A stretch of 64,000 nucleotides of DNA from Scyliorhinus canicula (taxonomy: Eukaryota). The translations under genes were made by a program, and so were the position numbers. Each line of letters starts with the position of its first letter. The stretch's first letter is position 1. The notes beneath the pieces were generated by a model. That model saw nothing but the letters and a program-made list of their open reading frames with translations, was not told where the DNA came from and made no database searches. This document shows positions 12,867-25,529 of this stretch, in pieces. The DNA lies in NCBI RefSeq assembly GCF_902713615.1, contig NC_052149.1:63725443-63789442 (forward strand), read 5' to 3'.

Positions 12867-14274
12867 GTGTCCCACCAATCCCGTGTCATTGACCTCCTCT
12901 TGGGCACTTTGCCTCTGCCCACCCAATCCCAACTCATCGCTTGCAATCTGCGTTCTGACTCATAGATTAAACCCTCAAATTCCCTCAGCCTTTGTGATCG
13001 CCAAAGGGTCCTTCAAGACACCCATGTGCCTGCTCAGGAGCAGATATCCCAAGTGCGGCATCCTCCTCTTTCACCTGCCTTCCCACCCACTGGTCAGTAT
13101 TATCTCCGTCAACCTAAATGAGTGTTCTCTGGCAGGGTGCTCTTAATTATTTTTCAGTAAAAATCCCATTACTGTAGTGCGGTGAATTTAATTTTTGTGA
13201 AATCCCACATTTCCATGACATAGCCATCACCGAGATTTTTGTAACCAACCCCAACACCCGAACCTATTTTCACCCTCCTTCTCCTGAAAGGTTTGATTTA
13301 AGCTGAGTTCTGATCCTAATGTACAGCCACCCACTTTGACCATTCTTCGTGGAAGAGCATCAACTGTGAGTGTTGAGAAGAAGCAGGATACCTTCCTGGT
13401 TTCATCCAGCAGCTACACAAGAAAACGTTTTATAGGAGTCACTGCAAAACAGGAGCGAGAATACGGCCTGATTTTCCAGCACAAACATGACCGGCTGAAC
13501 CGCCTCCTTAACAGTTTATGCTTCTATTTTGATCCCCCTCCCAAGCCCAGCAGTGATGGAAGGACCTATTACCACATCAACAGAAATAAACAACCTCCGT
13601 AATTCTCATTATACGGTGACTCCTGCTAGAATGTGCGAGAACAGGCTGTGAAGCTTTCAAATAATCGTTTAGCCTATTCCAACTCACTAGGGTCATTCAT
13701 GCCCCGCTGAACTGCATCTTAGCCCTGCATGTGATGAAGCTTCAACCTCTCTGTGATTTCAGCCCTTGATTCCCATTAATAAAAATGAACAGGAGTGGGC
13801 TGCATGTGATCTATGCTCCCAGTGGTTAAGGGAGTGCGAATTCAGAAAATCAACCCTTATGATGTATGGCTCATAAGCATTCAAACAAAATAGTTTCAAG
13901 AATCCCAGAACTGTGGTGCATTACCTTTTGAATTATCCTCTGCCTCAACCGTCCATTTGGCACTCATCTCCCTCCATGATCTACCCACTGCCCCGCCCTG
14001 CCGCACCAAGAGCCCACTTGTGAACCATGGCTATCCCAGTAATGGCATGGGAGCCTACCTATAATCAAACAACAACACCCTCAGAACTTGGGACTAAGGC
14101 AAACTGCTGGATGGAGGTCCCATCCTTTCACTCATCTGGTAGCACATTTCCAGGACTGCAGCTTCTGGGCTGGGTATTTTGTTGTTCTTCACGGTTGAGA
14201 ATGGAATTCCTGAGAACACACAGCCTGGAAATTATTCTTATTAGTGGTATTAGATGGATCCTTAATGTATTCTC

Positions 14275-14604
14275 ATAGAATCATAGCATTTACAGTGCCG
14301 AAGGAGGCTATTCGGCCTATCGGGTCTGCACCAGCCCTTGGAAAGAGCACCCATCTTAAACCCACACTTCCACCTTATCCCAGTAACCCCACCTAACCTT
14401 TTTTTTGGACACTAAGGGCAATTTAGCCTGGCCAGTCCACCTAACCTGCACAGCTTTGGGCTGTGAAAGTAAACCGGAGCACCTGGAGAAAACCCACGCT
14501 GATACGGGGAGAACGTACACATTCTGCAAAGACAGTGACCCAAGCCAGGAATCGAATCTGGGACCCTGGAGCTGTGAAGCAACAGTGCTAACCACATGCC
14601 GCCC
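14275..14604 (-). mobile_element. HE1-type SINE
   Basis: HE1 head, core and CR1-like tail. Confidence 0.85.
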
Positions 14605-14976
14605 TATTCTAGCGACTTTCCTCTGCCCACTATTTCAGTGGCAGTAATAGTTTTTTCAGAACGAGTGAACTGTCTCTTTTAAATCAGTAGGAGGAATAAC
14701 ATGAGGATGTATTGTGAGATTGTTTGTTGTCCAAGTTAAAGTTATGAGCATGCTGCTTATTTATTGATCTATTCGATTATATGTAAATTCCTAGAATTGA
14801 TCAATGGTGTTGATAATGCAGCAGGGGACTTCCGGTTGCGGCTATGACCAGCTAAGTCGCACGTTTGTCTGCTCCTGCGGGGAAGGTGTTTTCGGGCCGA
14901 TTGGAGGGCCCCTAATGGCGCTGGAACGACGATTCCCGGTGGGGGAAGGTTCCCAGAGGAGAACCCTGCAAAATTT

Positions 14977-15822
14977 ATGGTCGTCACCCGAAGTGGGGCA
15001 GGAAAAAAAGCGGCAGCAGCTCCCCGAAAAAAGCGGGGGAAGAAACCCAAAATGGCGGCCGGCGGCGCACCCGAGGACTGGAGGAAATGGGTGGAGGAGC
15101 AGCAGGCCGTTCTCCTGCGCTTCTTCACGGAGCTGAAAGTAGAGCTGCTGGAGTCGATGAACGCGACGACCACCAGGCTGATGGGAGCCCAGGCGACCCA
15201 AGAGGCGTCAATTCGGGAGCTGCAGCAGGAGATGGCTGTGAGGGAGGAGGAGGCCACGGTCCTCGTGGGAAAGGTGGAGGTGCACGAGGCACTCCACCTG
15301 AAATGGCAAAACCGACTGGAGGAGATGGATACCCGCATGAGGCGGAAAAACCTGAGGATCCTGGGCCTGGCAGAAGGGCTGGAGGGGTCGGACCTCCCGA
15401 GGTATGTGGCAGAAATGCTGGGCTCACTGATGGGGGCCGGGGCCGTCCCTTCGCCCCTGGAACTGGAGGAGGCCTACAGAGTAATGGCCAGGAAGCCAAG
15501 AGCAAACGAACCCCCGAGGGCGGTGCTGGTTCGGTTCCAGCGATTCAGTGACCGGGAGAGGGTGCTGAGGTGGGCCAAGAGAGAGAGGAGCAGCAAATGG
15601 GAGAACTCGACGGTGAGGATCTACCAGGACTGGAGTGCGGAGGTGGCAAAGCGGCGGGCCCGGTTCAACCGGACGAAGGCGGTGCTGCATGCCAAGAGAA
15701 TCAGATTCGGGATGCTGCAGCCAGCGCGCTTGTGGGTGACCTATAAGGACCAGCACCACTATTTCGAGTCCCCGGAGGAGGCGTGGGCCTTTGTCCAGGA
15801 AGAAAAGCTGGACTCGAACTAG
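14977..15822 (+). CDS. L1 ORF1p (coiled coil + RRM + CTD), intact, 281 aa
   Basis: L1 ORF1 motifs RRKNLRILGLAEG, PRAVLVRF, IRFGMLQPARLWV, FESPEEAWAF. Confidence 0.92.
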   Translation: MVVTRSGAGKKAAAAPRKKRGKKPKMAAGGAPEDWRKWVEEQQAVLLRFFTELKVELLESMNATTTRLMGAQATQEASIRELQQEMAVREEEATVLVGKVEVHEALHLKWQNRLEEMDTRMRRKNLRILGLAEGLEGSDLPRYVAEMLGSLMGAGAVPSPLELEEAYRVMARKPRANEPPRAVLVRFQRFSDRERVLRWAKRERSSKWENSTVRIYQDWSAEVAKRRARFNRTKAVLHAKRIRFGMLQPARLWVTYKDQHHYFESPEEAWAFVQEEKLDSN

Positions 15823-16529
15823 AACCAGGGGATACTTGGCGGTCGTTGCCGCTCTGGTACTTTAAGCTGGACACGTGGCTTTCTTTTGGTTGGATTTTCA
15901 CTTGGCTGTATTTTTGGACCCTTTTTTTTCTCTCTACCAGTTTTTTTTCTTTTTTCTGTTATTTATAATGTTATGTTGGGGGGGCGGGGTGGGGGGGGAG
16001 TGCCGGGGGTATGTGTTTCTTGTGGGGTTTTTTTCTATCGGTGTGGGATCGGGGACGGGGGTGGAACTGAAGATGGAGGGGTGGGGAGTGGCAGGGCGAA
16101 AGCGCGGGCTTTCCTCTGGTTTCCCGCGCACGGGGCAGAGGAGGGAGGAGGGTGGGAGAAAGGGGCGTGGTCAGCACTGGCTCCCTTTCCCGCGCTGGAG
16201 CGGGGTCAAGGAGGGGTGGTAAGGGGGGGGATGTCCCCCATGCCGGGAGGAGTCGGATTGTGGCAGGGGCAGCCGGGTCAGCGTAAACCAGCTGACTTAC
16301 GGAAGTACTATGGAGGGTGCATCGCGGCTAGGAAGGGTCCTAGCCTGGGGGGGAGGGAGGTGGGGGGGGGGGGGGGGGGAGGGGGAGGGGGGAAGGGGGG
16401 GCTACCGGGTTGCTGCTGAAAAGGCCAGGGAGGAGAAGTTGAGGACCGGAGGGGTGGGGGGAGGGCGTCATCGCCATGGGGAGCGGGTCAGAAGGGGAGG
16501 GCTGACTCGGGGCGAGCAGGTGACAGGAT

Positions 16530-19500
16530 ATGGCTAGTAGGCAGGGGAGAGGGGCGGGCTGCCCTTCGACCCGGCTGATCACTTGGAATGTGAGGGGGCT
16601 GAATGGGCCGGTCAAGAGAACGAGAGTAATCTCGCATTTGAAGGGACTGAAGGCGGATGTAGCAATGCTACAAGAGACCCATTTGAAGGTGGCGGACCAG
16701 GTCCGCCTGAGAAGGGGGTGGGTGGGACAGGTGTTCCATTCAGGACTGGACGCAAAGAACCGGGGGGGTGGCGATCCTGGTAGGGAAGAGGGTGTCGTTC
16801 GTGGCGGCGGAGGTGGTGGCGGATAAAGAGGGTAGATATGTCATGGTGAAGGGTAGGCTACAGGGGGAGAAAGTGGTGATGGTTAATGTGTATGCCCCGA
16901 ATTGGGACGACGCTGGCTTCATGAGGCGCCTACTGGGCCTCATTCCGGACCTGGAGGCAGGGGGCCTGATCATGGGGGGGGACTTCAACACAGTGCTGGA
17001 CCCCGTGCTGGACAGATCGAGTTCAAGGACGAGTAGGAGGCCGGCAGCGGCAGAAGTGTTAAAGGGGTTTATGGAGCAGATGGGAGGGGTAGATCCCTGG
17101 AGGTTTGGGAGGGCGAGGGAGTATTCCTTTTTCTCCCATGTCCACAGAGTCTATTCTAGAATTGACTTTTTTGTATTGAGCAGGGGACTGATCCCGAAAG
17201 TACGGGAAGTGGAGTACTCGGCCATAGCGGTCTCAGACCATGCGCCACACTGGGTAGATTTGGAAATGGGGGAGGCGCGAGACCAGCGTCCGCTGTGGCG
17301 CCTGGATGTGGGGTTGCTGGCGGATGAGGAGGTGTGTAAGAGGGTCCGGAAGAGCATTGAAAGATATCTGGACACTAATGACACGGGGGAGGTGCAGGTG
17401 GGGATGGTCTGGGAGGCCCTGAAGGCGGTGATCCGGGGGGAGCTGATCTCCATACGGGCGCATAGGGAAAGGAGGGAGAGACAGGAGAGGGAGAGGCTGG
17501 TGGGGGAGCTTTTGGACGTGGATAGGAGATATGCGGAGGCACCAGAGGAGGGGCTGTTGGGGGAACGGCGCAGTTTGCAGGCTAAGTTCGACCTGTTGAC
17601 CACCAGAAAGGCAGAGACACAGTGGAGAAGGGCGCAGGGCGCGATTTATGAATATGGGGAGAAGGCGAGTAGGATGTTGGCGCATCAGCTCCGCAAGCGG
17701 GATGCGGCTAGAGAAATTGGGGGAGTGAGGGAGAGGGGTGGGAACGTAGTGCAGAAGGGGCCAGAAGTAAATGGGGTCTTCAGAGACTTCTATAAGGAGC
17801 TGTATCGGTCAGAGCCGCCGACGAGGGGAGGGGGGATGGAGGGCTTCTTGAACAAATTGAGGTTCCCCAAGGTCCAAGAGGAGCTGGTAGAGGGGCTGGG
17901 GGCGCCGATAGGGTTAGAGGAGCTAGTCAAGGGGATTGGGCATATGCAGACGGGGAAGGCGCCGGGGCCAGACGGGTTCCCGGTGGAATTTTACAAAAAA
18001 TATGCGGATTTGGTGGGCCCTGTGCTGGTACGAGCCTTCAACGAGGCATGGGAGGGGGGGGGCTCTGCCCCCGACAATGTCGCAGGCACTGATCTCTCTG
18101 ATCTTGAAGCGGGACAAGGACCCCGTGCAGTGTGGGTCATATAGGCCTATCTCGCTCCTGAATGTGGACGCCAAGTTGCTGGCAAAGATCCTGGCTACCA
18201 GGATAGAGGATTGTGTGCCAGGGGTGATACACGAGGACCAGACGGGTTTTGTGAAAGGGCGGCAGCTTAATACGAACGTGCGGAGACTGCTAAACGTCAT
18301 CATGATGCCGGCAGTGGAGGGTGAGGCGGAGATAGTGGTGTCATTGGACGCGGAGAAAGCATTTGATAGGGTGGAGTGGAAGTACCTGTGGGAGACGCTG
18401 GAACGGTTTGGATTTGGGGAGGGATTTATTAAATGGGTGAAGCTGCTCTATTCGGCCCCGACGGCAAGTGTAGTGACGAATGGTAGGAGATCGGAGTATT
18501 TTGGGCTCCACCGGGGGACCAGACAGGGGTGCCCCTTGTCCCCCCTGCTCTTCGCACTGGCAATTGAACCGTTGGCGATGGCACTGAGGGGCTCAGGGGG
18601 GTGGAGAGGGCTGACAAGGGGCGGGGAGGAGCACCGGGTATCGCTATACGCGGACGACCTGCTGCTATACGTGGCAGACCCAGAAGGGGGAATGCCGGAG
18701 GTGATGGAACTGCTAGCAGAATTTGGGGACTTTTCGGGGTACAAGCTAAACTTGGGCAAGAGTGAGGTATTTGTGATACACCCAGGGGACCAGGAAGAGG
18801 GAATCGGGAGACTCCCGTTGAAGAGAGCAGGAAAGAGTTTTAGATATTTAGGGGTGCAGGTGGCAAGGAACTGGGGGACTCTCCACAAGCTGAACTTCTC
18901 CAGGCTGGTGGAACAGATGGAGGAGGAATTTAAAAGGTGGGACATGGTGCCGCTGTCGCTGGCGGGCAGAGTGCAATCCGTTAAAATGACGGTCCTCCCG
19001 AGGTTTTTGTTTTTATTTCAGTGCTTGCCCATCTTCCTCCCTAGGGCCTTCTTCAAAAAGGTGACGAGTAGCATCATGAGCTACGTGTGGGCGCACGGCA
19101 CCCCAAGGGTGAGGAGGGTCTTCTTGGAGCGGAGTAGGGATAGTGGAGGGCTGGCATTACCCAATCTTTCGGGGTATTACTGGGCGGCAAATGTATCGAT
19201 GGTGCGCAAGTGGATGATGGAAGGGGAGGGGGCAGCTTGGAAACGAATGGAGAGGGCGTCCTGTGGCAACATAAGCCTGGGGGCCCTAGTAACGGCGCCA
19301 TGGCCGCTCCCTCCCACGAGGTACACCACGAGCCCGGTGGTGGCGGCCACCCTCAGGATCTGGGGGCAGTGGAGGCGACATAGGGGGGAAGTGGGAGGTC
19401 TGATGGAGGCACCGTTAAGAGGGAACCATAGATTCATCCCGGGCAACATGGACGGGGGATTTCAGAGCTGGCACAGGGTGGGCATCAGGCAGCTGAAGGA

Positions 19501-20320
19501 TCTGTTTGTAGATGGGAGGTTTGCGAGCCTGAGAGAGCTGGAGGAGAAATTCGGGCTCCCCCCGGGAAACATGTTTAGACATTTGCAGGTGAAGACATTT
19601 GCTAGACGCCAGGTGGAAGGGTTTCCCTTGCTCCCCAGTAGGGGGGCGAGTGATAGGGTGCTCTCGGGGGTCTGGGTCGGAGGGGGGAGGATATCGGACA
19701 TCTACAAAGTAATGCAGGAGGCGGAGGAGGCATCAGTAGAGGAGCTGAAAGCCAAGTGGGAGGGGGAGCTGGGAGAACAGATAGAGGATGGGACATGGGC
19801 TGATGCCCTGGAGAGGGTTAATTCATCCTCCTCGTGTGCGAGGCTTAGCCTCATTCAATTTAAGGTGCTACATAGAGCCCATATGACGGGGACAAGGATG
19901 AGTCGGTTCTTTGGGGGTGAGGACAGATGTGTCAGGTGTTCGGGAAGTCCAGCGAACCATGTCCATATGTTTTGGGCATGTCCGGCACTGGAGGAGTTCT
20001 GGAAGGGGGTGGCAAGGACGATGTCGAGGGTGGTGGGGTCCAGGGTCAAATCAGGATGGGGACTTGCGATCTTTGGGGTTGGGGTGGAGCCGGGGGTACA
20101 GGAGGCGAGAGAGGCCGGAGTACTGGCCTTTGCGTCCCTAGTTGCTCGAAGAAGGATACTAATACAGTGGAAGGACGCGAGGCCTCCAAGCGTGGAAACT
20201 TGGATTAATGACATGGCAAGCTTTATTCAGTTGGAAAGGGTCAAATTCGCCCTGAGAGGGTCGGTACAAGGGTTCTTCAGGCGGTGGCAGCCTTTCCTCG
20301 ACTTTTTGGCTCAGAGATAG
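16530..20320 (+). CDS. L1 ORF2p (APE endonuclease, RT, C-terminal CCHC), two +1 frameshifts in G runs
   Basis: LITWNVRGLN, LQETH, GGDFN, SDH, GTRQGCPLSPLLF, YADD, CVRC..HMFWAC. Three overlapping ORFs (16530, 16768, 17936) join at G7 (16762-16768) and G9 (18054-18062). Confidence 0.9.
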
Positions 20321-20869
20321 GGTACAGAGGTCGCAGCAGCAGCAACCCGGGGGGGAGGGGAGGGGGGGAGGGGGGGTGGCAACAACGGTTGTGGTGGGTT
20401 ATTTACGGTTGAAATGCGGGCAAATCTGCTCGCAGTTCATGTTTGATGTTGATTGCTGCTTTGTTTGTTTTTGGGGGAGGGGGGAGGGGGGGAGGGACAA
20501 CGCGCGCGCGAGTTCGGGCGGGGGGGGGATATTTGTTAAGAGGGAATATTTTGTAATATTCTATAGTTAGTTGGGGTAAATATCTTCATGTAAAAAAATT
20601 CTTTCAATAAAAATTATTTTAAAAAAAGATAATGCAGCAGGGGGATTGTTTGTTTTAATGCTACATAAGGTTGTGGTACTTCTTACTTATTTAATGCTAC
20701 AGTTTAGCAGAGATTAAACAGTAGCTCCACTGGCACACAGTATTTAATGCATTGGGAGCATTGAAGGGTCTGGGGCAAGATTTCACCAATTAATTGCAAT
20801 GTTATGGTGGCCTTGTTGCAGGACGTCCCGTAGAGACAAGCTCTTTTTAGAGATGAGGGCCCACTTCAA

Positions 20870-21495
20870 TAAAGAATGGCGCTGGACTAGCAATCCAGAG
20901 AACCCGGATTCGAATCCCACCACGGAAGGTGGTGGAATTTAAACTCAATAAAATATCTGGAATTAAAAGTCTAATGATGACCATGAAACCATTGTCAATT
21001 GTTGTAAAAAAAATCTGGTTCACTCGTGTCCTTTAGGGAAGAAAATCTGCCATCCTTACCTGGTCTGGCCTACATGTGACTGATGCATTATCAATTACGA
21101 GAAGACGAGAGTAGAATGTAATCGAGGCTTTATTACACTGGGATGTGTGGCCTCCTACAGTAGTTGACGAAATGGCTGCTGTACGGGGAGCACACATATT
21201 TATACTCCGCCTACTGGGTGGAGCCAGCAGGCAGGGATCTACCCCCGTACCTGTAGTACAGGGGCCTTACTGTAAAACACATATATATACAGTATATACA
21301 TATGTGGTGACTCCCACAGTGACTCCAGACTCACAGTAATGTGGTTGACTCTTAATGCCCTCTGAAACGGCCTAGCAAACCACTCAGTTGTATTCAACCA
21401 CTACAGAAACACAAAAAAGGAATGAAACCGGACGGACCACCCATCATCGACCCAGGCACCAGAAACAACAATGGCAAACCCAACCCTGCCAACCC
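20870..21495 (+). mobile_element. tRNA-derived SINE interrupted by a solo LTR
   Basis: B box GGATTCGAATCCC at about 20906; the body reads continuously (…CTACATGTGAC|TCCAGAC…) once the insert is removed. Confidence 0.6.
21081..21318 (-). mobile_element. Gypsy solo LTR with 5-bp TSD GTGAC
   Basis: TGTGG...GCATCA termini on the minus strand; GTGAC at 21076-21080 and 21319-21323. Confidence 0.85.
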
Positions 21496-21499
21496 TGCA

Positions 21500-22925
21500 A
21501 ACTACCAAAATGCAACACCTCACATTTGTCCGGATTAAATTCCATCTGTCATTTATCTGCCCAGTTTTGCAGCCTATCTATATCCTGTTGTATTCTCTGA
21601 CATCTTCATCACTATCTGCAACTCCTGCAATCTAAGTATCATCTGCAAACTTGCTAATCAGACCAGCTTTGTTTTCTTCCAAGTCATTTATATATATTAC
21701 AAATAGCAGAGGTCCCAGAACTGATCCCTGCGGAACACCACTAGTTACAGACTTCTATTTGGAAAAACACTCTTCCACTGCTATCCTCTATGGCCAAGCC
21801 AGTTCTGAATCTATCTAGCTAGTTCACCCCTGACCCCGTGTGATCCCAGCCAGCCACGAGCGATCTTGTCAAGTGCGTTACTAAAGTCCATGCAGACAAC
21901 ATCCACAGACATTACCTCATCAATCATTTTTGTCACCTCCTCAAAAAACTCAATTAAATTAATGAGACATAACCTCCCTTGTACAATTCAATGCTGTCTG
22001 TTGCTAATAAGACCATTCACTTCCAAATGTACACAGGTTCTATCTCTGAGAATCTTTTCCAACAATTTCACTATCATTGACATCAAGCTCACTGGCCTAT
22101 AATTACCCGGGTTATCCTTGTGACCCTTCTTAAATAACAGGAAAACATTCGCTATCCTCCAATCTTCTGGGATCTCACCTGTGGCCAACGAGGAAACAAA
22201 CATTTCTGTTAGAGGCCCAGCGATTTCATCTCTTGTCTCCCTCAGTAATCAGGGATAGATGCCATCTGGCCCTGGGTATTTCTCTACCTTAATGTTTTTT
22301 AGCACACTTATGTTTTTTAGCACACTTAACACTTCCTTCCTCGTAATAATGACTTGTTCTAAAGTGTTTACATATCCCTCCGAGAGACCACCAACCAACA
22401 CATCCTTATTCATTGTGAATACCAATGCAAAATATTCATTAAGGATCTCACCTACTTCCTTTGGTTCTACACAGAATTTCCCTCCTTTGTCCTTGAGTTG
22501 ACCAACTCTTTCTCTAGCTACCCTCTTGTTCCTAATATACGTATAAAATGCCTTGTGATTCTCCTTAATCCTGTCTGCCAGGGACATTTCATGACCCCTT
22601 TTTGCCCTCCTACCTCCTTGTTTGAGCTCTTTTCTACTTTCCCTGTATTCTTCAAGTGCTTCATCTGTTTTTAGTTGCCTAGCCCTCACGTATGCATCAT
22701 TTTTCTTTTTGACTAGACTCGCAGTTTCCCTGGTCATCCACGGTTCCTGAATCCTCCTTTTCCCTTTTAAAGGGCACATGCCTGCCCATCAACTGCTCCT
22801 TAAAAGACTCCCACATGCCAAATGTGGATTTACCCTCAAACAGCCTCTCCCAAATAACAGCCTCCAAATCCTGCCTAATCTGGTTGTAGTTAGCCTTCCC
22901 ACAATTTAACACCTTAACCCAAGGA
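21500..22925 (-). mobile_element. CR1-type LINE ORF2 internal fragment, decayed
   Basis: ORFs 22249-22779 and 21988-22203: PWMTRE, KAFYTYIRNK, PGPDGIYP, PEDWRIANV, DNPGNYRPVSL. Confidence 0.9.
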
Positions 22926-22932
22926 CATCCTC

Positions 22933-23085
22933 AATAGACCATTCAGTCCCTCGAGCCTGCTTCTCTAGCAAAAAGACCATTCAGTCCCTCGAGCCTGCAG
23001 CACCAACCAATAGACAATTCAGTCCCTTGACCTTACTCCACCATCCAATAGACCGTTCAGTCCCTTGAGCCTCCTCTACCATCCA
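22933..23085 (-). repeat. Four diverged tandem copies (about 38 bp) of a LINE 3'-end motif
   Basis: AGACCATTCAGTCCCTCGAGCC-like unit repeated four times. Confidence 0.7.
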
Positions 23086-24400
23086 AATGATTGCAGTTGA
23101 TCTTCTGCCTCAACTCCACTTTCCTTCCACTCATACATATCAGGTCAAAAACTGTCTCTCAGATGGAGCATCTACAAACCTCTGGGATTGAACAGATTAA
23201 AATTCCAAACACTCATAACCCTTGAAGTGAAGAAATTTGCCCTCATCTCAGTTCTCATTGATCGGCCCGTCATCCTGAGGCTGTGCATTTATGTTCCAGA
23301 TTCCCCAGCCAGGGAAGAAACTTCTCAAAGTCTACTGTTGTATCTTGTGGATTTGAATCCAGTTTTATTTAATTTACGATTGCCGGTTGTTGTTGAGACA
23401 TTGCTGAAACTCAGTAGAAATTCAAGTTAAAAACTTGTCAGGTGCAAATAAGAATTGTTTTATTGAAGTTCATTGGTTACAACTTGAAAATGATTTAAAA
23501 GGTAGTTTGTAGACAATTTGATTTTCTTCAAAGAATCACAGGAATTATCTTCTGAGACAATAGCCTGAACACAACTTTAAAAGTCAACGGCTGAAGTCAA
23601 AGTATGAAAATGAAATAGGAATACAGAACTCTTCTAATTCTCTTCCTTTACTTTCTCTCTCTCTCTCTCTCTTTCTCTGTCTTGTTCTCTCTGTCTCTTT
23701 CTGTCTTTCTTTCTTTCTTTCTTCTTGTCTTCTTGTCTAAAATGGTGGCCAAATCATCCATGGATATACTCTTTCATATCTGTCTTAAGCGATCCGATCA
23801 CACCCCAATATAATCCTAATTGGTTTAATCTATATTCAAGACACATCCTCCCAATGCAACGCCACTTATCTGCAACAATTAAGACATTATGTCATCTCAT
23901 CATGCTATTATTCCGAAAATATAAATGAAACTGTATTTTGACACAGTCTAAAATGTTTCAGCTTGCATACGTTATGGAATGTGGTTCAGGCTGTTATCAC
24001 AAGTGGCCAGAAATCAGAACAATGGAGCCTTTAATTATACCACCTTAAAACCCATGGGATTTCGCTGCTGCCCTTGAAAGAATGTGATGTTTTTATCAGT
24101 GGTTCTGTTTTTCCCAAACACATGTCTGAGTTTGGAAGTTGTATATTTCTTTCATTTTAAAACTTGGATTTAATATTTCTGTCTTAAACAGTCTTCTTAC
24201 CTATATTAAGTGTATTTAAAATACCTGACTTCTACATCTACCCTGTCAAAATCCTTCTGAACCTTGGCTGTTTCAAAGAGACCACCTCTCATTCTTCTAA
24301 ATTGAGAGAGGAGAAACCCGGTTTACTCAGTCTTTCATCATAGGGAAACCCATTCATCCCTGGAAGCAATCTAGTTATCCTTTGCTGCATTGCCTCCTTA
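23086..24400 (-). mobile_element. Old CR1-type LINE 3' fragment split by a solo LTR
   Basis: GAAGAAATTTGCCCTCATCTCAG resembles 5618-5640; the host continues after the LTR as TCTAC|CCTGTCAA. Confidence 0.65.
23336..24236 (-). mobile_element. Long (901-bp) solo LTR with 5-bp TSD TCTAC
   Basis: TG...CA termini; TCTAC at 23331-23335 and 24237-24241; internal (TC)n tract; minus-strand AATAAA near the left end. Confidence 0.75.
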
Positions 24401-24764
24401 AAAATACTCTCTTGCTCATCATCTAATTAATATAGGGTGGGGTTTTCTGGCCGTTCGCGCTCGCTTGATGTTATGGTCCCACCGACGGTGCACCCCAGGT
24501 ATGGGTTTCGCAACGGCGAGTGGTACATTCAATGGAAAACCCGTTGACAATGGCAGTACGAGAAGTCACCCTCCGCCGCTGTTGAATACACCACAGAGGG
24601 GAAGGAAAGCCCTGCCCTTTGATTGTGAATAACTGAGGCTGCAGCTTTTTGAAAATGATGTTCACACGCGCACATCATAAGTTTCAAAGCGAGAGGATAG
24701 ATTAAGTAGTTTTTGTAAACTCCAATAATAGTCCGTGGTATACGGATTATGTAGATTAATGGCT

Positions 24765-25529
24765 GAACAACAGCATTTCAGTGATTCAAACAGCAGCTCC
24801 GAAGGTGGCCAAATATTTGCTTGGCTGTACTGTACAAATTCCAAAGTCATTAAAAATACTTTTCTAGAAGAACCCATCAGCAAAGTTTCAGGGCTTAATT
24901 GTCTTTCAAAATTCTGTGTTGCAGTGATTTAAAGATATTGACAAATAATTTAATGTTTTCTTTGCTAGGCAGAAGCTGCTGGGTTGATTCCTAAAACACT
25001 GTCTGTGGCATGTTGTTGATCAAACAACAGGCAGAGCTCAAACTTACAGGATGGATGGAGAGAGAGAGAGGGTGCAGTCAGGGACCTTCTTCTGTTTACA
25101 GCTATTTTCTCTTTCTGGTCTGGAGGAAAATAGTTTCTTAAAAGCATAAAATAGGGTTAATTGTCTCGTCTCATGATCCCTCATTAACCAACCAATTACC
25201 CAAACATGGTCATAGCAAATTAATTCAAGGTCCATGGTTTAGGCCTGATTACATTGTGGCTGGATGAGTTCCCTTCTCAGCCACAGTTTATTGTCCAAAG
25301 TGATTACATCAAATGGCTTGATCCGCACCCTGCTGAATATACAGTTTGGATGTTTTGTGAATGGATCTGGGGATGTGGCCATTCACATTCCCCTGGAATG
25401 ATTATCTTTGATGATGGGTTCTTCTAGAAAGCCTGACTCCATTTTTAATTTGGAATTTGTAAGTTACAGTCATGCAGATATTCGGCCATCTTAGGAGCTG
25501 CGGTTTAAGTCACTGAAATGCTGCTGTTC
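24765..25529. repeat. Diverged inverted repeat, about 120-bp arms (24765-24885 and 25406-25529)
   Basis: CAGCATTTCAGTGA...GCAGCTCC...ACAAATTCCAAA...TTTCTAGAAGAACCCATCA occurs on + in the left arm and on - in the right arm. Confidence 0.8.

Larger units (their letters stand above)
14824..20627 (+). mobile_element. Full-length L1-clade LINE (about 5.8 kb) with about 16-bp TSD
   Basis: TSD GATAATGCAGCAGGGG at 14812-14827 and 20628-20643; 5' end GGGGACTTCCGG; ORF1, spacer, ORF2; AATAAA followed by an A tail. Confidence 0.95.

Noticed and set aside
16762-18062. Programmed frameshifting in L1 ORF2
   Set aside because: Both shifts are single extra Gs in homopolymers; error or slippage is the simpler explanation.
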